A program made the position numbers and the translations under genes. Shown here one piece after another: positions 21,610 through 32,443 of a DNA stretch of 64,000 bases. The stretch is taken from positions 13,826,001-13,890,000 of the forward strand of contig OY740794.1 in the NCBI GenBank assembly GCA_963514005.1. Direction: 5' to 3'. Each line of letters starts with the position of its first letter. The first letter of the stretch is position 1. Under the pieces are notes generated by a model. It was not told where the DNA came from and made no database searches. It saw only the letters and a list, made by a program, of their open reading frames with translations. This stretch comes from Raja brachyura. Lineage: Eukaryota.

Positions 21610-24524
21610 TCGCAATCGATACTAAAATGATCCGACTTTAGATTTCGATTTTGGCCAATGTAACATTTGTTTTTTGCACGTAACTAATATGCTCATCTCG
21701 GCATTACTGTAAAAACAGTTGTGATTGTAACTGTGCGTGGGGAAATTCTTCTAACTTTCATGTGACTTTCCTGGGTCTGGGATTCCAAGTCTTAGTCCCC
21801 TTGTTCTGCGCCATTTGAGCGTGATGTCCTGACAGCAGTTCTGACCAGTTGTAACCGAAGGGTAAGCCAGAACAGTACCAGGACACTGGACGATAAGACC
21901 AAACAGCCAAGGAGAAACTGGACAATTAATTGACTGGGACATCGTGCACTGGGCTGAGTAATCCAGGAAATGACATTAATAACTTATACTGTGTAGTCAT
22001 GTTAATGAAAATAACTCGATCTGCGGCAACTTTTAAAAGGGGCAGTGGTCGGGAAGATTTAATTCATCATAAACTAAGGTGGGTCACCAAAGCATACACA
22101 CGCTAGCTTTTTTACACACGGACATTCAGAATCGATTCGATAGATAGACCTAATGACATTCGCATTGATATAAAGTAATCTACACACACCATCAGATAGA
22201 TGCGTGGACATATTCGCCGGGACAGAAATCCGCCCACAGACATGCACAGGCAAAAGCATATACGTACAAAGGAAACTGCACCCCTAAAGAGGCATTCACT
22301 TACATTCTGTTGCAATGCCCAACAGAATAATAACAGTGTCCCGTGTGACAATGTACCCCAGCCCCACATTTTCCTTCGAGGTCTTTGAATAGAGATGGTG
22401 AGTTTTGAATAGGGGGGTAGGTTATTACTTGGCTGTATCCCCTAAAGGAAAACATGGTTGTATACATGGTTGTATCCAGACCGGGCGAGAACACTGATGT
22501 TTTCTGCAGGAAACAAGTGTGCTGACACTTACTCAAGTGGCTCAGACATTGCAAGTGACCAGCTGGAATAGATTCGTGAATCTGTGCCTCTTAGGGGTCA
22601 AGGGCGGGGTGAACACCATGGTGGGATGAGTATAAAATAACCAACGACAAACTGGCAGTCAAACTTACACTACATTCAATGTTATTTTTCGTTGATTTCA
22701 ATTGAGGAGGATATGGATTTGGTGAAACCCGGCTGCTAATTTCCCGTTGCCAGTGTTGCTCTACCACCAAAGACAATTTTCACAACCCGTGGCTTTAGGA
22801 AACTGTAAAGAAATGTTAAAAAACTGGGGGGGAAAAGGACAGGCAAGAAATAAAGATGGGAACATGGAGTTTTTCCAAAGTGATTGGGGCATTTTATTGC
22901 CCTCGTCCTGAATAGTTGCATGGCTCACGGGCAGTGAATACAGTACCCACAGTATCGCCTCAGTGGTAATACATAACTGTTGTCTTAATATTGGAAACAT
23001 TTTAATAATGACCACCAAAAATAGGAGTCATGGACTCCTTTCCTAACAATCAAATGCAGGGGACTGAATTTTCCAGACATACCAATGGTCGATGGGGCAT
23101 ATTTGAGATGCCCTTTACATCAATGCATCAGGGAACCTGGTATCACCTCATATCTTTCAAGTTGCTTTTACTTCAACAATTATCAGACAAGGCGTCAATT
23201 GAGGGACAGTATGACGATATAAGAGTAAACAAGCTTTCGAGACACATGGAACAACTATATCAGAGATGAAATGCAAAACAAAAAGTACAGGAATAAATAA
23301 GTATCCATTCTCTCTCTCCTTTCAGAAGCTCTTATTGAAGTAAGCCCACTGTTCATGGACTCGTGTAACAAGATAAGGAGAAAAATGCAGACATGCAGAT
23401 AATTACACGTACGAAAATAACACAAAAAAACATGCACACACACCGAATTGCACCGACACCCTTAAACACATACATATTTAAAACATGATGAAATGTATAC
23501 TTAAGGAAAATAACTCCATTGCCTCTTTGAGCATGTTTTGAAGTTAATATAAATACAACTGAAGTAGTTATTTTCATACAAAATGTGATATTGGTACGTG
23601 TCATCTCCCCTTTAAAACGAACAAGGGTTTTTTTTTAAGAAGCTTTCCTCTATAAACAACGTCTTGGGGAGACATTTCCTGAAAAGGATTTTAGAACTGG
23701 AGAAGCCAGTAGTTCTGCAAAGCAATTTTTATGTCGGAGAGTGACAAACATAAATACTGTAGTTTTAAGATAGAGAATGTCCCAAGATATTTGATAGGAG
23801 GACTGAAATGAATGGATCGATACTGAACCATAAATCAAGGGGGAGGTGAAGGGCATGCATGAGAAAAAGCAAATTGCAGAGGTACAGGGGAATACATGGG
23901 GAATGGGGAGAACGGTAATGTGGCAGGGATTCTTCCCCTGCAAGCAGGCATGGGCCTGATGGACCAAATGGCCTGCTTCTGTTTTGTAGTATAAGATGAA
24001 AGGATAGATTAAGAGGGGCAACAGAAGGTTTGGCATAAAGGTGGGTTTGGAGAAAATACTTAAAATATAAAAGGAGGGGATGGCCAGGAGGGATTTGTGC
24101 TGAAATAGTTGCTAGAGTTTACAACATATCGTGAGTTAATGATGTGCATCAGAGGAATTAAAGGGTGATTCCATTGTGTGGGAGGAGGGGGTCGGAAGTA
24201 ACAAAAGGTGAATATCACCTTCTCCCCATTGGTCAATTATTTCCTTATCCCCTTTTAATTCTCTGCATCAGTGATCTTCCTTAATAGCATTCCTTGAATC
24301 TATTATGCCTTAGGTAAAAATGCTATGCCCAATTTCTCAGCTTCATCATCATGATTCCTAATTTTGCTCATGAGAGGTCACAGTTCTGCAGGATCTGCCC
24401 CTTCCAGTCTCTCCAACCTGGTGATGCTAGAATATCCAAACCCCTTCACCTGTCTACTCCAGCACCCTTCTTTACTTGAAGCACTCATTGTATGCCAGGC
24501 CATTCAGGGACATAGGGATTGCAG

Positions 24525-24905
24525 ATTACCTTCACTAAACAGTGTACACATTCACAAGAGGAATAGATCGGGTAGAAACACAGAATATCTTGCCCAGAGT
24601 TGGGGGAATCAGGAACCAGGGGCCTAAGGTTTAAGGTGAGAGGAGTAAAGATTTATTAGGAACCTGAGGGGTAACTTTTTGCACATAGAGGCTGATGGGT
24701 GTATGGAAGGTGCTGCCGGAGGAGGTAGTTGACACAGGTGCTATCGCAATGTTTATGAAACATTTGGATAGGTACATATATAAGACAGATTTAGGGGCGA
24801 TGTGGGCCAAATGCAGGCAGGTGGGACTAGTGCAGATGGGGCATGTTGATTGGTGTGGGCAAGTTGGGCCAAAGGGCCTGTTTCCACAATGTATGACTCT
24901 GTGAT
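24525..24905 (+). mobile_element. CR1 LINE 3' fragment
   Basis: MGVWKVLPEEVVDTGAIAMFMKHLDRY; tail gggccaaagggcctgtttccacaatgtatgactct. Confidence 0.8.
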
Positions 24906-24919
24906 CTACATCTATGATT

Positions 24920-25095
24920 TACACACTTGGGGCAAGCCACAGGGGACAATTAACCTATAAACCACTCATCTTTGGGATGTGGGAGAAAACTGGAGCATCC
25001 AGAGGAAACCCATGCTGTCCCAGGGAGACTGTGCAAACTCCACACCGACAGCACCTGAGGTCAGGATTGAACTCGGGTATCTGGTGCTGCGAGGC
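24920..25095 (-). mobile_element. HE1-type SINE fragment
   Basis: caattaacctataaacc...gggagaaaactggagcatcc...caggattgaactcggg. Confidence 0.7.
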
Positions 25096-25339
25096 TGAAT
25101 TTGTGTATATGGGCAAAAGGGTTAGTATGGAAGTGGTGGGTCGAAGGGACAATATTTGTGTCATGCAACTTCATCACTCTACTTGAATTTCAATTTCCCA
25201 CCTGCTATGGCAGGATTCAAATTCTTATCTGGATTAGCGGTCCAAACATTGAAACCATTTAAAAACATCTAGTACCTTTGAATGTGCCATTGGCCTTTAG
25301 TCCTAACCTAGTTCCAATCCCATTCGGTTTCTCAGTGTG

Positions 25340-25525
25340 CCAGGGAGCATCTGAGGAGGTTATGGATAGGCCACGTTTCGGGTCAGGACCCTTCTTCAGG
25401 GTGATCAGTCTGAAGAAGCCCCCCGTGCCAAAACATCACCTATCCATTCCTTCCACGGATGCTGCCCGGCCCATTGAGTATTCCAGCACATTTGCTCCAG
25501 ACTCCAGCATCTGTAGTTCCCTGTG
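25340..25525. mobile_element. Fold-back PLE-terminus element with inverted degenerate hammerheads
   Basis: cgtttcgggtcaggacccttcttcag followed by tcagtctgaagaag...aaacatcacctatcc. Confidence 0.72.
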
Positions 25526-25602
25526 TTAAGGGTTGATATCTAGTAATGCATTTTACGAGTATCTATTATAACTCTTGACATGATTCATTGAAAGGCACAT
25601 TA

Positions 25603-25760
25603 GTCATAGAGATACAGCATAGGAAACAGGCTGATCGGCCCAATTTGCCTACACCGACCAAAATGCCCCATCTGTACTAGTCCCGCCTGCCTGCGTTTGG
25701 CTCATACGCTTCCAAACCATTCCGACCCATGTACCTGTTCAAATGTCATTTAAATGGTGT
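25603..25760 (-). mobile_element. CR1 LINE 3' tail
   Basis: atacagcataggaaacaggc...ctagtcccgcctgcctgcgtttgg...catgtacctg. Confidence 0.75.
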
Positions 25761-26504
25761 CCAGTGTTGCAATTTTGAAAACAACACTGGCAATTTAATT
25801 ATTTTCCTCGGGGAAGATTTTGCTTGGGACAACATAGACAATTATTTGCATCCATAATTTCCAAAACCACAAAATTGTATTCACTTCTTCCCATCCGAAA
25901 AAAAATACGCCAAAGCTGACAATAAACTTCCTTTGCAATTTAAATGTATGAAATCCTGAAAAACAAATATTTCAATTCCAACAGGTGTAACAGCCCACTC
26001 CAGGAGGCGAGACGATTTTCGAGAAACAGGTGTGAGTTACCTGCCTTTGCTCACCCCCACTAACCCCAACCACCCTGTTGCTCTCCCGGCCCCGTGGTGA
26101 GTACCAAGAGATATCTCGTGGCTACTGGCTCTCCGGAATCGGATCCAATGAGTGCCAGGAGAAAATAAACCCCCGTGCTCTGCCAAAAGTAGTACTTCCC
26201 TTCCAGTAGCTAGTCGGTTAGAACCACACACAATAGTGCCGACCAAATTCTGAAGAGGCAACGCGATTGCAAACGAAAACGGCAGTAAACGTGCGCTCAC
26301 TTCATGAAGCTATCCACAAAATACACATCCCGACCCCAAACATCACCGACCACCTATAGAAATAGTGGGACTGTCACTGCGGCCATTTACACCTTCCTAA
26401 AGACACCGAATTTGATCAGATTCCTCGTCACATTCCACTCACTTATTAAATAAGACATAATTATGGAAATCACAATGACGCTGGGATTAAGGCTGTTTAT
26501 TAAA

Positions 26505-26507
<3 letters not shown>

Positions 26508-26536
<29 letters not shown>
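26508..26536. repeat. (TG)n microsatellite
   Basis: Directly visible. Confidence 0.95.
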
Positions 26537-26829
26537 CGTCAAACACCTGCTAAATACATTCACGTATGTTTCCCTAGAATTATAGCGTGTGCTTTGCCTG
26601 GGCCCTTGTATACCTCTCTGTGTAGTGTCTCTGAGACCGTGTATGTGATTGAATTTGTGATTCTGCCTCTGTGTACAATGTGTATGTAAATAGATACTAG
26701 ATGTGATTTCGAATGCTCGTGTATTAGGAATGCTAGTGTATTTAAATCTCATCTGTAATTTGAATGGTTGGTCTCTTAATTTTAGCCACTTCATTTCGAC
26801 TTTGATACGTGTGTGATTTGATTAAACTC

Positions 26830-27430
26830 GGATGAGTGGATCCAGCGACGCACACCAACATGACCTGGGTCTCCTGGGACTGATCTTGTCCTCTCATCCC
26901 GACTTTCAGCGGGCGCGGTTCCCGTGTTAATTTTCACGCATCCTCAACGAGTGATTTGTGTAAGATGAATGGTTTCAGTTCAACCAGAAAGGGAACTAAA
27001 AGCTCCCCCCCCCCTCCCCCCCCCCCCCCCCCCCATATCCCACCTCCCTCTGCTTTCTCGCAAACTTTCCGCAGTTCGCCGCAAGAGGATATTTTTTCAT
27101 TCGCCGTGCAAAAGAGGTGATTTGTTAATCGGAGCCGGGGAAGGAAAGCAGCGACCTGCGGCTCACGCGGAAATGTGAACCAACCCACGTCCCAGCGCCG
27201 GTTGACAAGACCGCTCGCTTTCCTTACACGCGGTGACTCGGTGCTTTAGAACCGTTGCCATGAAAAGATCAAAAACCAAAGTGTGAAGGTTTGACAGTGA
27301 GAATAGAGGAATTTAAGCGTCCGACCACTCTTTATTCAGACGGCCACCTCCTGTCTAAAGTTAAGCCGTGACCGCACTGACGGATAATAGTCACGACATG
27401 CCATAGAGTCCGTCTCGGGGCAGATGAAAA
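26830..27430. promoter_or_regulatory. CpG-rich island-like segment, probable enhancer or alternative promoter
   Basis: CpG-dense, poly-C tract at ~27005-27034, X-box-like GTTGCCATGAAA at ~27254; no TE similarity seen. Confidence 0.5.
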
Positions 27431-28449
27431 ATCTTGAGGTCAATATATTTGATAATATTTACATAACGTGGATTTTTTTTTCCATTAATAAAACGAAAGT
27501 AAAACAAAAACATTTGCTTTCAGGCTAGAATAAGGTTAACATTTGATTCGTTTTCCTCTTTTAAAATGAAAAATTGAATAACAAATTATATTTGTTAATA
27601 TATATATATATAGGTTTTGTGTGGCTGTGGACGCAAAGATCTGATATTGTACTAAGAGTAAGTGTACGCGCAATTATATGGGCCATGTGTGTAAAAGTTG
27701 TATAATTACCGTCTCTTTGCCCTAATTATTTACATGTGTACCGGCGTTTAATTAATGGAATCTGTTGTTGCAGCCACACAGCGGTGACTGGGAATCTGCT
27801 GTCTCAATTAATACATGTGTTTTAAACACCACTCGTGATGGACGGTGGAAAGAGTGCCAGTGTTCCACAATTCATAATGTACTGCATAGAGAGTTACGTG
27901 TGTGTGTGTGTGTGTCCCACCCCCTCTCTATCTAGTTGATTCAATGTATCAAACACTGTGGATCTGGACTCCAAACCCGGCGCTCCGGTCAAGAGGAAGC
28001 GATTCCCATTCGTAGGGGCTGCTGGAGGGAGTTCCAAGCCGCAGAATCTACGTTTAATTGCTCACATGTTACATGGTGAATAAGGCGCAGATATTTTGGG
28101 AGCCCCGAGTATAAAAACAACAATGAATCTCACTCAATGTGTGCATTCCCGTTGGCAACCAGGGCGACATTTTAATTTAAAAAATATTCACGGACATCGC
28201 TAACTAAATTGTAACGTTCACAATAACGTCCAACAACATTGGGCTGGTTAACTGTCTCCATCTCTCTGAAATTTCCCTCACTTCGCCCGAACGGTTTATT
28301 AGTAGAGTGGATACGAAAGTGGATGAAAATGGGGGAAATAGTTAACAAGAATAAGACTTTATTTAATCATGTTCGTTTCAAACGTTTCAGTTTGTGACTG
28401 TTTATAATAAAACAGATTAAATAAAATGTATTTGGGGTATGAAGCAGAA

Positions 28450-29300
28450 CGCGCAATTTGGCCGGGACCCCGTGTTTACAGTCTCACAAAACTGTTCCTC
28501 CAGTTGCTCTGACGGTATCTCCCGAGTCTGCTTGTTTCCGCGATTCTTCCCCCACCCCAAATATATTTGTTGGCTTCGCTTGTTGTGACGGCGTGATTTT
28601 GATTGCCATTAATCATTCTCACAATTACCAGAGCTCTCCGCGACTATACTTCATCAACTTTCTCCGTTCGCTTTATTAAAACGACACCTTCGCTGATTAG
28701 ACGCGACACGCCACGCTCAGGAACTGGGACCGATCGCTGTGTTCAATGGGAAACCAAATCGGAAACCAGAGCAAGTCTTTTTTTTTTATTAACCCGGGAT
28801 CTGTATTCACGTTTTAGACTCCTTATTACTTGAATTCGAAGGCTTTTTTTCTCCGAGGTTCCTCTCATTTTTTTGCTCTCCACTAATCCCTGCCGTGATT
28901 TTGGTTTCACGCCCCTACCCCCCCCCCCCCCCCCTCCCCGCCCGATCACTGTCAGAACGCACAGAAGGACAATTTTCGCTAATCGCTTATTCTAACTTCA
29001 AAACGTGAACGGAGACGGAGAGAGCAGTCGGGAGGTGGGTATCGGTGATCTGTTTATTCCTACACGTGGGAGAGGCTTTATAAAGACGTATTTCTAATCT
29101 TCCTCAAACTCTCGTAGCGGTTCCCAGTTCTCCATTCAGTATTTTTTTTTTTACCTGCTCCCACGTCCAGCCCGGTCGGCATCCTCAAATTCGGGATTGA
29201 TGTCCGGGAACTTTTCAGTCGGGGCTTTTGGATTGGACGAAAGGCTGACTTCGACATACCCAACGTCCCAACGTGCACTTAGAGACGGGGGAGGTTATGT
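28450..29300. promoter_or_regulatory. CpG-rich island-like segment
   Basis: CpG-dense, C-tract ending in a GC box (ccccgccc ~28936-28943), minus-strand donor CAG|GTAAAA at 29155/29154. Confidence 0.5.
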
Positions 29301-29861
29301 CAGTTTAAAACGCTGAGATATTAGATATTTATTAGTAATGAAAATGCCAGACACGGGATCACTTCACTGCTTTGTTTATCCCTTAGCTGAAACATTTTAA
29401 TTATAACTTACAAGAGAAATGCCAACTTTTAACCAAATCGCAGTTCAATGCCTAGAAAGATTCAAAAACAAAACTAAACTTTAGCCGTGCCGGAATGCGA
29501 ACTCAAGGAGAGAGAAATACAGACCTTAAATATAAATTGCCAATATAGCAGGTGTGGCATCATCTTTACACACTAGTTGGCTGCATTGGTGTCCCTATAC
29601 CAACTACACACGACCAACATCATACCGCGCCCGCCAAAGGCAAACTCTGCCACATTGTTGAGTTTAAGACCTTACTTTGTCAATGATGGTCCTAGAAACT
29701 GTTAGGGAGGAGACAATCCTGAAGCACATTTTCCTTTAATGGTTATTCAAATGGCGATTGCAGGGCGATGACCCGTATTGTTTTAGAAAGCTGATCAAAA
29801 GGCAGATAGACGGTCGGGTGGAAATCTCGGTTCATACAGTCTAATTAGTACACAATATGTA

Positions 29862-30240
29862 AATCAAGAGTCTAGAGTGTTTTATTGTCATATGTCCCAG
29901 ATGGAACAATGCAACTCTTACTTGCTGCAACACAACAGAATATGTAAACATAGTACACTGTGAACAATATGACAAACGAGAGGGGGGAAAAAAGTCCAGT
30001 GAGTATATATACACATACTCACAATTAAACACACACTTATATATATATATATACATACACAAAACGAACAATAGTAGTGCAATAATAATAATAACAATAA
30101 TAATAATCTATTGTAGTTCAGAGCTTATTTGAGGTAATAGTGTTTAATAGCCTGATGGCTGTGGGGAAGAAGCTGTTCCTGAACCTGGACGTTAAAGTTT
30201 TCAGGTTCCTGTACCTTCTTCCCTATGGCAGGGGTGAAAA
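29862..30240 (-). mobile_element. Rex1/Babar-type LINE 3' end
   Basis: Minus strand PLP*GRRYRNLKTLTSRFRNSFFPTAIRLLN plus 3'UTR ending gacatatgacaataaaacactc. Confidence 0.75.
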
Positions 30241-32381
30241 TGCAGATGAGATTTAATGTTGCAAATTATTTTGTTAGGTATCCGTCCTAATTGTGCATTA
30301 GATCAACAGTTTCCTCAAACACCCTGGGTGGATCGGAGATCTCTTCTGCCTGCCTGGGATTAACAACAATTTTAATCCAGGTGTTGTTCCACATTCCTTC
30401 AGACAAATGGAAAATACGGACTGCACACAATGACAATTCCAAATACAGGGTCAATACTATTTACAAAACGTGTTTAGAAACCTCTACTGCCATCAATTTA
30501 GCTGTAATATTTTGGTTATATAGGCAGGAAAGCCAGGACTTGCACATTTTCACTGCAAATCGTATTAATCCTTCGGCAATGCATACTGTCTCTTGAAACC
30601 AAACGGCCAACTCTTGAACACACGATGAAATATATATTTGAAAGTTAAATTACAACAGTTCGAACTCAAATGTTGAATTGTTGAATCCATTCATTATATT
30701 AGTGATATATATTTTTTTAAACTGCGACAGTTCACTAGCTCCACTCTATTTACAGCCAAGGTGTCCCAGTCCTTGGTTCCACTTCTCTTGTGTCTCGCTG
30801 TTTCGGTTGCATATCTCGCTTTAAACGCTTGACACCTCTTTCTTTGCAGAAGCCGTTCACATCGGCAGCCCTCAAAATGCAGCCATAACTACCGAACCAG
30901 CATACGTATATCCTCTGCTTTTCCACCCACCGACTTGCTTTGCGGCGAATAGATGAATTTTAAAGGTGATTGCCTTTTTCTAACGGGATAACATTAAGCT
31001 TGGAGGACACACAGTGTAACATTCGCACAGATCAGTGTAAGAATTCACTGCAGCAGTGAAACCGCATTGTGTTCAACATTACACATCATGAAATTTCATA
31101 CAAGCAATCGGCAGTTCTGAATTGAATGATTGGGACCAATTTACAAAGCCCCAGCCTGTTAACACCTGCAAAACACTAGATGTGGTATTTACACTTCGCA
31201 TATGAATCGAACGAGTTAAGTTATTTTCCCTAACAAATAAAAAAGCTTGCAGCCCGTTCAGAAGTAAAACAGTAGCCGGGTTTAACTATTGTTTGAAAGG
31301 GCACTACTTATCTAATGTTGAAGTAGAAACATTTCAGGACTTTTGACAGATTTTATGGGTTAAGTATGATCTCTATTCATCTGAAGAGTGCACGGTTTAA
31401 CTAAACACAATTTTTTAAACAGAATTTTGGATGGGCATCATTCCTACCGTTTCACCTGAAGGCTTTTTAAGATAGAGGATGATTTCTCGTTCAACTTGTA
31501 ACTTCAGTTGCAGTTACAAAAATCAAGATCCCCCTTCCTTCCATACCCTTTTACCCACCAACACAGTTGTGCACTGTGCTTCCCCCCCAAACACACACGC
31601 ATCCCCACCACCCCCCACCTCCACCCCCCAAAATAAAGTGGTCAATCAAACTCGTAACTTTACACGGAATGATTCTACTGCTAATGAAAGCTAGATGTGA
31701 TGTGAAAGCTGACAGGCTGACTGCAGTGGACAAGGCAGAGCATAGATCATCAGCATGTTTGCGCCCCTTTACAACTGTCCATCCAAGAAAGCGGAGTTCA
31801 CGGCAATTTAATACAAAACGTCCGCGGTGTTGCCACAGGATTTTTTAAATTCACTTCGTAACTTTTTTTGATTGTAGCAAATTGAAAGATGTATTTATCT
31901 TTGGCAAAAAAAAAGTCAATCTTTTTACTCCGAGCATGAAGGAGTTGGTATTACTCTAAGACAGATACTCCCTCAAGGATGTAAATGGATACCTCTTTTT
32001 TAAGGGTTACTTTCACAGGCTAACCGAGGGTAAAACAGGAGGTCTAGTGGTGGTCAGAACCCTTTCACATGTGTTGTGCTAATGGCTTCCCCGTGTCCAG
32101 GGTGCATTCCAACACATCATTAAGAACTTTCGTTTTATTTTCGTATATATATTATCAGTCGAGATTCAACGCCCTACATATTCTGTAGGCATCCGGGGGT
32201 TCCCTTGGAAGGGGCGACTGACTGAACGTGTTGAAGAACGGGCAGTTGCTCTTTCATCTAATAAAAGCAGACATTTGACTCGTGGGAAGAACATCATTTC
32301 ACTTGGCCTATCCGGCCTGATTTGTCTGATTCAGTTAATCCGTAAAGGTTGAAATGTGCTTTGCAAATGTATCATCTTGTT

Positions 32382-32442
<61 letters not shown>
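32382..32442. repeat. Compound (TG)n(AG)n microsatellite
   Basis: Directly visible. Confidence 0.95.
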
Positions 32443-32443
<1 letters not shown>

